Positions 48,580 to 57,319 of a DNA stretch of 64,000 nucleotides are shown one piece after another. The notes beneath the pieces were generated by a model. It had not been told where the DNA came from. It ran no database searches and saw only the letters and a list, made by a program, of their open reading frames with translations. Numbering within the stretch: position 1 is the stretch's first letter; each line of letters starts with the position of its first letter. The translations under genes were made by a program, and so were the position numbers. Source of the stretch: an uncultured bacterium (GTDB lineage Bacteria; Cyanobacteriota; Vampirovibrionia; Gastranaerophilales; Gastranaerophilaceae); assembly GCA_902783125.1 (NCBI GenBank), contig CACZPS010000045.1, positions 1,242-65,241 on the forward strand. Direction: 5' to 3'.

Positions 48580-49491
48580 ATGGCTAAAACCTTCAGAGTT
48601 GATGAAACAGAATCAGACATTCGCATAGACACTTTTCTTGCAGGTTTGTTTGAAACATATTCAAGAACAAAAATTCAGGAAATGATAAAATCCGGAAAGG
48701 TTTTAGTAAATGGGAAAAGTTGCAAACCATCGCTTACCCTTAACCTTGATGACGAAATACTCTGCAATTTTTCTGATGAAGAAAATAAAATCTTACCTGA
48801 AAATTTAGATATAGATGTCGTTTTTGAAACCGATGATTTTGTGATAATCAATAAACCGTCAGGCATGTTGACACACCCTACCTCAAAGGAAAAATCAGGA
48901 ACCTTAGTCAATGCACTTTTATATAGATATGGAGAAAACCTTTCAGATATAAACGGCGATTACAGGCGGGGGATTATCCACAGACTGGATAGAAACACCT
49001 CGGGACTTCTTATTGTTGCAAAAAACAATACGGCTCACGAAAAATTTGCTCAAATGATAAAAAATAGAAATATTGAAAAACACTATCGTGCCATTGTAAA
49101 AGGTCGTATGGATTCAGACATTATTATCAATGAACCAATTACAAGAAGCAAATCAAATCCAAACAAAATGTGTGTGTCGAAAGACGGAAAGCCAAGCCTG
49201 TCTGAAGTAAAATTGATAAAACAGTTCCATAATGCAACTTATATCGATGTCAACCTCAAAACAGGCAGAACCCACCAGATTAGAGTCCATCTCTCACATA
49301 TTGGACACCCAGTTTTTAATGACACGCTCTACGGATTTGGGAAAATGAAGATTAAAACCGAAGAACAAGTTCTGCAATCATATAAACTCAAGTTTATTAA
49401 TCCTTTTGATGATAAACTTATAAATATAGAAATAAAACCTGATGAAAAAATAATAAAGGTGTTAGATTATTTAGAAAGAGGTAATTTATGA
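48580..49491 (+). CDS. rluD: RluA-family 23S rRNA pseudouridine synthase (RluD-like)
   Basis: S4-like N-terminus (RIDTFLA), HRLDRNTSGLL catalytic Asp motif, RTHQIRVH. ATG at 48580, 1 nt after the lspA stop. Confidence 0.9.
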   Translation: MAKTFRVDETESDIRIDTFLAGLFETYSRTKIQEMIKSGKVLVNGKSCKPSLTLNLDDEILCNFSDEENKILPENLDIDVVFETDDFVIINKPSGMLTHPTSKEKSGTLVNALLYRYGENLSDINGDYRRGIIHRLDRNTSGLLIVAKNNTAHEKFAQMIKNRNIEKHYRAIVKGRMDSDIIINEPITRSKSNPNKMCVSKDGKPSLSEVKLIKQFHNATYIDVNLKTGRTHQIRVHLSHIGHPVFNDTLYGFGKMKIKTEEQVLQSYKLKFINPFDDKLINIEIKPDEKIIKVLDYLERGNL

Positions 49492-49823
49492 AAAAACATA
49501 TAATAACAATTTTATGGCTTGCCGCATTTGGGATATCAGCTTATATGGGTTACAAATACAGCACAGACCTTTTTAAAGCGATTAATCCTGATATAACAAA
49601 GTTGACAATAAAAAATCTTATATACATGTTTTCGCTTGGGGCAACTCTGACAGGACTTATCTTTGAAATCTTGAGTTCAAATACATCAAACTCGCTTGAT
49701 GCGTACAAAAGAGAACTCGAAAAAGAATCTATTTCCTCGACTGAAAGCTCATCAAGAATTAAAGTCTTGGAATCTAAAATAGAAGTACTGGAAAAAGCAC
49801 TTGATGAAGCCTTAAAAAAATAA
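49488..49823 (+). CDS. two-TM membrane protein with C-terminal coiled coil (111 aa)
   Basis: ATGA overlap with rluD; two hydrophobic helices followed by a heptad-like E/K/L tail. Confidence 0.5.
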   Translation: MKKHIITILWLAAFGISAYMGYKYSTDLFKAINPDITKLTIKNLIYMFSLGATLTGLIFEILSSNTSNSLDAYKRELEKESISSTESSSRIKVLESKIEVLEKALDEALKK

Positions 49824-49849
49824 AAAAAAGCCGCTCCGATGAGCGACTT
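49822..49849 (-). terminator. terminator between convergent ORFs 49488..49823 and 49893..50327
   Basis: AAGCCGCTC-CGAT-GAGCGACTT stem (one mismatch). An A8 run on the plus side gives the U-run for the minus-strand transcript. Confidence 0.55.
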
Positions 49850-49892
49850 ATTAAACATCGATTTAGTAAGATTAGGTAAGTATAAATCTTTA

Positions 49893-50327
49893 TTATAAAC
49901 CTTCCGAATAGTTATAATCATTCTTAATGTTATTAGATAACATTGATTTGTAAGATTCCATATAGCTATTAATCTCTGTCAGTTCTGTTGTTAATGTAGT
50001 AATTTGATTTTCTAATTGAGTTTCCCAAGCTGTCATATCCTCCATTTCAGCTTCATAATAACAATCAATGTACTCAATTTCTTCTGTATATTCAGGAATC
50101 TCTGTGTAATCATTAAATGTATAGGTTGAACCAACATAAGTATTCGAGAAAATATTTTTACACTCAGCACGAAGGTTTTGATATTTAGCAGTTTTCCAGT
50201 CTGCCAAATCGGCAGTTTCTGCTGCAGCAAGCGTCTTGCTGTTTTGATATTGTGTCACCATCGTATTAATTTGGTTACGTCGATAAATATACGATAATAA
50301 CGTTTCGTTTAAAATCGCTTCTGCCAT
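49893..50327 (-). CDS. hypothetical acidic/coiled-coil protein (144 aa)
   Basis: Intact ORF with its own terminator and a conserved upstream module shared with the next gene. No recognisable motif. Confidence 0.5.
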   Translation of the reverse strand: MAEAILNETLLSYIYRRNQINTMVTQYQNSKTLAAAETADLADWKTAKYQNLRAECKNIFSNTYVGSTYTFNDYTEIPEYTEEIEYIDCYYEAEMEDMTAWETQLENQITTLTTELTEINSYMESYKSMLSNNIKNDYNYSEGL

Positions 50328-50351
50328 TTTGCTCTCTTACCTTGTGATAAA

Positions 50352-50428
50352 TCTTACATGTATATAAAGTATTTTTTTCTATTATGATTTCATAGCTGAA
50401 TAGTTTCGTTACAAAAATTAACATGTTT
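50352..50428 (-). promoter_or_regulatory. conserved two-block upstream module of ORF 49893..50327
   Basis: Minus strand: AAACATGTTAATTTTTGTAAC, then 35 nt, then ATACTTTATATACATGTAAGA. Paralogous to 50863-50941. Confidence 0.5.
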
Positions 50429-50476
50429 CATGCGCGCAAACAGGGGCGACACATGAATATTAACCTTATAATTAAC

Positions 50477-50501
50477 AAAAAAAAAGGGGCGCAATTGCCC
50501 C
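50477..50501 (-). terminator. intrinsic terminator after ORF 50584..50805
   Basis: On the minus strand, GGGGC-AATTGC-GCCCC followed by nine T. Confidence 0.75.
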
Positions 50502-50583
50502 AAAGTTTGATAAATTTGATAATTAGAATAGATAGATTAATCGTTGGTTGACACAATAACGCTTCTAAAATCAAAAATTTAAA

Positions 50584-50805
50584 TTATGAATCTATATCAA
50601 TATGACCCGCAGGCGCTGTATTTTCAAGTGCTGGTCTGTTAGTATCAACTTTGTTCATCTCTAAAAGTTTTTTCATTGCAAAATCATTTGATGCACACAT
50701 TGAATTGTAGCCTAATACTTTATTTTTATAATTTGTTAATATACCCCCAAGTTTTCCCTTGCCTTCAAATCCGTTTGGGGTTGTTGCTCCATTAATCATT
50801 GCCAT
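50584..50805 (-). CDS. hypothetical small protein (73 aa)
   Basis: Intact ORF followed by a strong GC hairpin and U9 terminator. GAGGATATAGGATT ATG context. Confidence 0.45.
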   Translation of the reverse strand: MAMINGATTPNGFEGKGKLGGILTNYKNKVLGYNSMCASNDFAMKKLLEMNKVDTNRPALENTAPAGHIDIDS

Positions 50806-50862
50806 AATCCTATATCCTCTATTCTAATAGTTAATCCTAATTACCTTTGAGATTTAATTATC

Positions 50863-50941
50863 TCTTATGTATATATAAAGTATATCCAACTTAAAAAATT
50901 GCCTTTTTTGTTTTATTTGTGTTACAAAACTTAACACATTT
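50863..50941 (-). promoter_or_regulatory. conserved two-block upstream module of ORF 50584..50805
   Basis: Minus strand: AAATGTGTTAAGTTTTGTAAC, then 37 nt, then ATACTTTATATATACATAAGA. Confidence 0.5.
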
Positions 50942-50998
50942 GGCTAAGATGCAGTGTTGACAAGACATTTAAAATGCAGGATAAAAATATAAGATTTA

Positions 50999-51874
50999 TT
51001 ATTCTTCGTTATAGACCATTTTTTTGCGAAGTTTCCATTGGAACAAAACGAGGACAAATATAATAGCAAATAGGACATAAGCTATTGCACTTGCCTGTCC
51101 TACATCAAAATATTCAAATGCGTATTTGTAAATAGAATATACCAGAACCATAGTGCTGTTCTCCGGCCCGCCTTCTGTCATCATATAGATTAAGTCAAAA
51201 ACCTGAAATGAACTAATAGATGTTATTACTATTACAAAAAACACCGTAGAGGATATCATCGGAACCGTTACATGCCTGAAAGTATCAAAAGCGTTTGCGC
51301 CATCTATTTTCGAGGCTTCCAGTACCTCTTGGTTGATGGAGGCTAAACCTGACAGAAAAATTATCATATTATATCCGATTAGTTTCCACACTGACACCCC
51401 GATAAGTACCGGCATGGCGTAATTTTTGTCATATAACCAATTTATATGCAAATTTAAAAGTGTATTTACCCCTCCTATATTAGGGTCAAAAATCCATTGC
51501 CAGACAAGCGCTATAACTATCATTGGAGTAATAAAAGGGATAAAATAGGCAGTTTTATAAAACTCACTTCCTCTTATTTTGTTATTAAGCATACAGGCTA
51601 AAATCAGCGGAATAATAACCCCTAAAACCGATACAGATATTGCATAAACAAAGGTATTTACGAGCATTTGCCAAAAGAAATTATCTTTGAATATGGCTAC
51701 ATAGTTATTTACCCCCACAAAATGAATATCACTGAGTAAATTCCAGTCTGTAAAACTCAAAGAAAACGAACATATAACAGGGATAATTATAAACACAAGC
51801 GTGCCAAGTAGTGCAGGTAATATAAATAACCAAGATATTATATCTTTGTTTTCAAGAATTTCTTTTATCTTCAT
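50999..51874 (-). CDS. carbohydrate ABC transporter permease (MalF/UgpA type)
   Basis: Six TM helices and the EAA loop EASKIDGANAFDTFRHVTVP. Confidence 0.9.
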   Translation of the reverse strand: MKIKEILENKDIISWLFILPALLGTLVFIIIPVICSFSLSFTDWNLLSDIHFVGVNNYVAIFKDNFFWQMLVNTFVYAISVSVLGVIIPLILACMLNNKIRGSEFYKTAYFIPFITPMIVIALVWQWIFDPNIGGVNTLLNLHINWLYDKNYAMPVLIGVSVWKLIGYNMIIFLSGLASINQEVLEASKIDGANAFDTFRHVTVPMISSTVFFVIVITSISSFQVFDLIYMMTEGGPENSTMVLVYSIYKYAFEYFDVGQASAIAYVLFAIIFVLVLFQWKLRKKMVYNEE

Positions 51875-51923
51875 AACAAATATAATTATATCAGAGATTT
51901 GTTGTCGTGGATAAAAAATTTAC

Positions 51924-51973
51924 AGGGGTAAAGGGGTAAAGGGATAAAGGGGTAAAGGGGTAAAGGGGTAAAT
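51924..51973 (+). repeat. (GGGGTAAA)n octamer tandem array, six units
   Basis: AGGGGTAAAGGGGTAAAGGGATAAAGGGGTAAAGGGGTAAAGGGGTAAAT. G-tracts start at 51925, 51933, 51941, 51949, 51957 and 51965. Confidence 0.95.
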
Positions 51974-52087
51974 GTATAAAAGATATCAGGGCACTGGGAA
52001 TTTTTATCTGTTTTGGGGAAACACATCAAATCCACTATCTCTCCTGTAGGAAATATATCATTCCAATTTGAATTTTGTAAAAATTAG

Positions 52088-54853
52088 TTATTTCAATTTT
52101 CTTAAGGATGACAAAAAGTTAAAATGTTCAACATCGCCATCAACCGTTGTCATAAAGATTTGACAATCTTTTTCGTCCGCATCTATCTCAGGGAGTTCTG
52201 ATATTTCTGACGAATAATAATATACATCATTTCTTGCGCCTGTTGATACTCTTGAAGCAAGATTACTCAAAGAAATCCCTCTTAAAAATCCGTAAATTCC
52301 TTTTTTCTTATTTGTCATTTTTGTATAAATTCTCAAAGATGCATCGGATTTTTCAAGATTATAATTTCCGACAATATATGCACTCAAATATGGGGCAAAA
52401 GATTTAATCTTTAACGATTCGATAACATTATTTTTTATATCAAGTGTCCCCTGAATTTTGCTAAATTCCCCGTTTGGAACATTTATCAAATCAAACACAA
52501 TCATCGGATTTATCATAGCAAGCGGATTTCTAAAGACTGAAGCTACATTTAAAACATATTCAATAAGACCAATTTTTCCAATGGTACCCTTTTTAATAAT
52601 AAATTTTATTCCGCCGTTTAATTTTAAAGTATCATCTGTGTGAAGATTAATAATACCACTGGATTTTCCTGAAATTTCTTTTGGAAGATTTAATAATGTT
52701 GTTGCAATAAGATTTGAATCCACATCTTTCACACCAAGTTTAAGATGATAGTTGTGATTTAAAAAATCACAACAAACATGCGCAGAGGAATGTCCTTTTG
52801 CAAACTCAAACCTGTTTGAATCAAGCTCTAAATCACTTTTTTCATCAAGAGATAATTTTGCTTCCATATTTTCTGCAATCAAATCCTTATAGAATGCTTT
52901 ACCCAGCTTTAACTTACAATCCTTTATTATCAAATTTGATAAATCAAAATCAGAAGCACTGTCGTCATCTTTTACAGGGGAAGAAACACTTTCTTGTGGT
53001 TGAGTAGCATTGTTTCCACTTTGATTTAAGGTTGTGAGCATCTTTTCAACATCAATGCTATCCAAACCAAACTCCAGATTATTAACAATCACAGGAAAAC
53101 CTATGTTGTTATGAATATTCCCGCTCAGAGTATATTTTGCACGTCTGTACTCGCCATCAGCTGATATATTTATTGTATCAAAATTAGTATCCAATTTTGC
53201 ATGGCTCAAATATACCCTCAAATCAGGGATTTTGATTTTATCAAGTTCCAGATTTCCAAAAAGTTTGACTCCCTTTGGGCCGTCAACTGCCGTTAAATTC
53301 CCGACGGCTGTTCCGTCTTTGAAGATTTCGTGTCTTGCTATTATGTTTAGAAACGCACTAGGTACAGGTTTTTCGATTTTAAATCCCATTACCCTAAAAT
53401 CAACACCCTTAGAAAAATCAATCAAGCCATGCAGCGAAATTAATTTCCTTCTGTAAAAATCTTTTACCCCCGGAACGGTGACGTAATAATTAAGGTTCTT
53501 TATCTTTAATAACAAACCCTCAACTGCCATATCAGAGATAATAACCCGTTCTTCTTTGTATTTCGAAACAGGTTCACCGCTGACTAAAAGATTATCCTCA
53601 GGTGACACCTTAAAAAACCATTTAAGATTTATTATATTATTTACAAAATCTATTTTTAAACGAGTATCAGCTTTTCCGACAATGTTTATTGGGATACCTA
53701 TTGTTGGGGTGAGATAATATTTCGCGAAATCATCAGCAACAACCCCGTCTGCAACAATATGAGTGTTAAAGGTTTTCATATAATCCTTAACCCGACCTTC
53801 AAATTTTAAAGTATTGACGGGACGTGTTCCATAGTATCCCGAAAAATTTTTAAGATAAATATTTCTTGTATCAACAATAATGTTACCGTTATGAATGTGA
53901 ACCGGAACATTCTCAATAGGAACAAGCAAAAAACATAGATGATGAATTTTTATTTTCCCGTTAATTCCTTTTGGATTTAACCCAAAATCAAAATCAAAAT
54001 CACCATCTATATTATCAAAATACGTAAGCATTTCAGCCCCATTTTGAATAACCATATTTGATTCAATCAGAGCAACAACATTAGATATATCAAAATCTCT
54101 TGCTGAAACATTTATTCCAAAATCCTTATCGTCTTTAACTCTGCCTTGTATATTCAACTTTGATTTGTTAAAGAAAATAAAGTTTTTATCAATATGAAGT
54201 TGTTTATCTTTAATATAAACCTTATTGTTATCTTTAAAGATAACTCTTACCCCTTTATTTTTCTGCTTAATATTTGCCTTTAAATCAAAATGAACAGGAA
54301 TTATATCGGTTTTATCAGTATCTATTTTTATATCTTTTGTATCAACACTAAAATCAATTCCGTTCACTTTATAGAGCAAAACAAGTTTATTGACATACAA
54401 CTCTGACTGTATAAAATCTATATACCAGTCAAAGGGTTTTGTTTCTTTTTTTTCTTCTTTTGGAATAATATCAAGAACTTTATTCACATCAACAAAAATA
54501 TAATCTGCCCCCAAGCGTTTAACATCAATCCTCTTAAATCTTACTTTTGCAACAGAAAACTTTGTATCAACCATTTTAAGATTAATTAGATATTTACCCC
54601 CTTTTGAAAGACTAAATTCATCGGCAGAAAATGTTATATATGGGAATCCCGTAACTAATTTCAGATTTTTAGATAACATGTGGATACCCATAGCCTCGTT
54701 TAATTTTTTATCAACAAAATTATGAACTCTCTTTGAGGCAACAAGATAAGGAATTGCCCACAAATATATAGCTAATACCAACCCGATAATAATCGAGATA
54801 ATTACCCCAAATATAAATACAAACCTAAATCTCTTCAAAAAATTCATAAACAT
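52088..54853 (-). CDS. AsmA-family/TamB-like large envelope protein (921 aa)
   Basis: Single N-terminal TM anchor, then a long beta-rich body. The C-terminal region (GEFSKIQGTLDIKNNVIESLKIKS..GNYNLEKSDASLRI) resembles the AsmA C-terminal repeat logic. Assigned by pattern only. Confidence 0.55.
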   Translation of the reverse strand: MFMNFLKRFRFVFIFGVIISIIIGLVLAIYLWAIPYLVASKRVHNFVDKKLNEAMGIHMLSKNLKLVTGFPYITFSADEFSLSKGGKYLINLKMVDTKFSVAKVRFKRIDVKRLGADYIFVDVNKVLDIIPKEEKKETKPFDWYIDFIQSELYVNKLVLLYKVNGIDFSVDTKDIKIDTDKTDIIPVHFDLKANIKQKNKGVRVIFKDNNKVYIKDKQLHIDKNFIFFNKSKLNIQGRVKDDKDFGINVSARDFDISNVVALIESNMVIQNGAEMLTYFDNIDGDFDFDFGLNPKGINGKIKIHHLCFLLVPIENVPVHIHNGNIIVDTRNIYLKNFSGYYGTRPVNTLKFEGRVKDYMKTFNTHIVADGVVADDFAKYYLTPTIGIPINIVGKADTRLKIDFVNNIINLKWFFKVSPEDNLLVSGEPVSKYKEERVIISDMAVEGLLLKIKNLNYYVTVPGVKDFYRRKLISLHGLIDFSKGVDFRVMGFKIEKPVPSAFLNIIARHEIFKDGTAVGNLTAVDGPKGVKLFGNLELDKIKIPDLRVYLSHAKLDTNFDTINISADGEYRRAKYTLSGNIHNNIGFPVIVNNLEFGLDSIDVEKMLTTLNQSGNNATQPQESVSSPVKDDDSASDFDLSNLIIKDCKLKLGKAFYKDLIAENMEAKLSLDEKSDLELDSNRFEFAKGHSSAHVCCDFLNHNYHLKLGVKDVDSNLIATTLLNLPKEISGKSSGIINLHTDDTLKLNGGIKFIIKKGTIGKIGLIEYVLNVASVFRNPLAMINPMIVFDLINVPNGEFSKIQGTLDIKNNVIESLKIKSFAPYLSAYIVGNYNLEKSDASLRIYTKMTNKKKGIYGFLRGISLSNLASRVSTGARNDVYYYSSEISELPEIDADEKDCQIFMTTVDGDVEHFNFLSSLRKLK

Positions 54854-54976
54854 ATTATCAAAATTATAGCATAGATACCGCTTATTAGTCAGATACTTTA
54901 CAAAGAATTAGCCAAACAGGACAATACATTACGTTATGAATACAATATATAATTTACCCCAAAAGAGAGGGAAAAA

Positions 54977-55177
54977 ATGTATATAAAACTCATTTATTTG
55001 ATAAATTTTATGATATTTCTTGGGATAATGACTTATTTATCCTATATCTACGGAATCTATTTTTGTATAAAAAACTATAAAAAAAACGTTTTGCACACAA
55101 CATTTACCATTTTTTCGGTAATCGGAACTATATTTTTCACAATACTGTTCGGGATAATGTTTTTTATACCGGTATAA
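54977..55177 (+). CDS. small two-TM membrane protein (66 aa)
   Basis: ORF with AGAGGGAAAAAATG SD-like context and two hydrophobic helices. Could also be a spurious AT-rich ORF. Confidence 0.3.
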   Translation: MYIKLIYLINFMIFLGIMTYLSYIYGIYFCIKNYKKNVLHTTFTIFSVIGTIFFTILFGIMFFIPV

Positions 55178-55218
55178 AATATAGTTTATCGAGCGAAGCT
55201 CATTAAACTATAATTTAG

Positions 55219-55608
55219 AATTAGGAGTTAGGAGTTATTATGTCGGGCTATGCCCGACAAATTTTAAACATTTCTATATATTTTCCTAATGCCTTAGCAG
55301 ATAGAGTGTGTCGTTATAATATTGCCCCCCGAATTTGTAATGAATTTGCAAGCAAATTCAAACAACTTATCCCTATCCTAAAAGATTCAGGAGAGGGTTG
55401 GGGTGAGGTTTGAAATTGAACTGCTCTAATCCAAAAAAAACAATAGGTTTGGAGGTTACCCCCCTAACAATATATAATTTATTAGATTTGTTAGGTTTCA
55501 CCCAACCGCTTTTTTATTATTGTGTTGCGGTAAATCACAGATTTACCACTACCGACTGTTTGTTAGGGTTCACCCAACCTACCGCTTAGTCACGGTTCCC
55601 TTAGTCAC
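55219..55608. repeat. mosaic of short tandem, palindromic and direct repeats
   Basis: TTAGGAG x2 (55221-55234). 19-nt palindrome TGTCGGGCTATGCCCGACA (55241-55259). GAATTTGCAAGCAAATTC palindrome. G-rich AGGAGAGGGTTGGGGTGAGG. CCTAACAA/TTGTTAGG inverted repeat. Direct repeat TTGTTAGGKTTCACCCAACC (55488-55507 and 55559-55578). CTTAGTCAC x2 (55585, 55600). Confidence 0.85.
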
Positions 55609-55611
55609 TTG

Positions 55612-55653
55612 AAAAAAATAGTTTAGCAAGCATACCTTGCTAAACTATTTTTT
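55612..55653. terminator. bidirectional intrinsic terminator just downstream of gatA
   Basis: A7-TAGTTTAGCAAG-CATAC-CTTGCTAAACTA-T6: a perfect 12-bp stem. Confidence 0.85.
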
Positions 55654-55657
55654 ATCC

Positions 55658-57139
55658 CTACACTTCACAAAGTGCAACATCTTTTGCTATTTGTTTATAG
55701 AACTCATTTTGCTGTTCAAATTGATAACCGATATTAAACAAATCAGATTCTTTTAGCTGCGGAGTCATAATCTGTAAACCGATTGGCATACCGTCAGAAT
55801 CAAACCCAGCAGGCACACTCATTGCAGGTATCCCCACAAGATTAGCACAAATGGTTGCAATATCCGTTAAATACATTGCTAGAGGATCAGCTGTTCTTGC
55901 CCCAAGATCAAATGCCGTAGTAGGACAAGTTGGAGAAATTAATGCATCAACTTTTTCAAATACCGCATTAAATTCATCTGCAACTAATCTTCTCATTTGT
56001 TGAGCTTTCTTATAATATGCATCATAGTATCCTGAACTCAAAGCATAAGTCCCAAGCATTATTCTTCTTTTGACTTCATCGCCAAATCCTTCCGCTCTTG
56101 ATTTGCAATATAAATCAAGCAGATTTTCAGGATTAGCTGTTCTGTGCCCATATCTAACACCGTCAAATCTCGCAAGGTTTGAACTGCATTCCGCAGTTGC
56201 CAGAATATAATAAATACCTATTGAATATTTTAACTTAGGTAAAGATACTTCTACGACTTCTGCTCCTAATGATTTATAAACTTCAATAGCGTGTTCTACA
56301 GCTTTTTTAACATCGTCAGATACAGCGTCACTCATAAGGTCAGAAATAACACCTATTTTTTTACCTTTAATACTATCGCTCAAATGACCTGCAAAATGCT
56401 CAACAGGAATATTCAAAGAAGTTGAATCATGCGGGTCATGACCTGAAATAACTTCAAGCAACAAGGCTGAATCTTCAACCGTTCTTGAGAACGGACCTAT
56501 TTGGTCCAAAGATGAAGCAAACGCTATTAACCCGTAACGAGATACTCTGCCATAAGTTGGCTTCATCCCGACTAATCCGCAAAAACTTGCAGGTAATCTG
56601 ATACTCCCGCCTGTGTCGGAACCAAGCGCCAACGTTGCCTCACAAGCTGCAACAGAAGCTGCAGAACCACCTGAAGAACCACCCGGAACTTTATTTAAAT
56701 TCCAAGGGTTGTGAACTTTTTTGAAAGCAGAGTTTTCGTTTGAAGAACCCATTGCAAATTCATCTAAATTTGCCTTCCCGACAATCGGAATATAATTATT
56801 TAATAATTTTTGAGTAACCGTTGCATTGTATGGTGAAACAAAATTTTCTAATATTTTACTTGATGCGGTTGTCTTTGAACCTTTCAAATTCATATTATCT
56901 TTTAATGCCAATGGCACACCTGCTAACAAAGGTAATTTTTCACCTTTCGCAACCAACTCATCCACTTTTTTTGCTGTTTCAAGCGCTATTTCATCTGTTG
57001 TTGAATTAAAAGCACCAATCTTTTCATCAACATCTTTAATTCTATTTAAAGCAGCCTGAGTCAATTCTGTCGCAGAAATTTCTTTATTTGATATCATTCT
57101 GCTTTGCTCTGCCGCACTCTTTTGTAAAATTTCATTCAT
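55658..57139 (-). CDS. gatA: Asp-tRNA(Asn)/Glu-tRNA(Gln) amidotransferase subunit A
   Basis: Amidase signature GGSSGGSAASVAA, GSDTGGSIRLPA. Confidence 0.95.
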   Translation of the reverse strand: MNEILQKSAAEQSRMISNKEISATELTQAALNRIKDVDEKIGAFNSTTDEIALETAKKVDELVAKGEKLPLLAGVPLALKDNMNLKGSKTTASSKILENFVSPYNATVTQKLLNNYIPIVGKANLDEFAMGSSNENSAFKKVHNPWNLNKVPGGSSGGSAASVAACEATLALGSDTGGSIRLPASFCGLVGMKPTYGRVSRYGLIAFASSLDQIGPFSRTVEDSALLLEVISGHDPHDSTSLNIPVEHFAGHLSDSIKGKKIGVISDLMSDAVSDDVKKAVEHAIEVYKSLGAEVVEVSLPKLKYSIGIYYILATAECSSNLARFDGVRYGHRTANPENLLDLYCKSRAEGFGDEVKRRIMLGTYALSSGYYDAYYKKAQQMRRLVADEFNAVFEKVDALISPTCPTTAFDLGARTADPLAMYLTDIATICANLVGIPAMSVPAGFDSDGMPIGLQIMTPQLKESDLFNIGYQFEQQNEFYKQIAKDVALCEV

Positions 57140-57257
57140 CTGTTTATCCCTCTTTTTAAATGATTATATCATATCAAAAACAGGGGTAAAGTGAAAGAAT
57201 ACAGATAACTGAACAAATAAGAATGCAAATAATGTCACAGTTTTAATAAATAATTAT

Positions 57258-57296
57258 AAAAAAATTAAAGAGGCGACGGAATAACCATCACCTCTT
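57258..57296 (-). terminator. intrinsic terminator after hup
   Basis: On the minus strand, AAGAGGTGATGG-TTATT-CCGTCGCCTCTT (12 bp including two G-U pairs) followed by TAATTTTTTT. Confidence 0.75.
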
Positions 57297-57319
57297 ATAA
57301 AACTTCTGAACAATTAGAA

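Noticed and set aside
51924-51973. Possibility that the tandem arrays are CRISPR arrays
   Set aside because: The units are 7-14 nt and directly abutting, with no 25-40-nt spacers. No cas genes are in the window.
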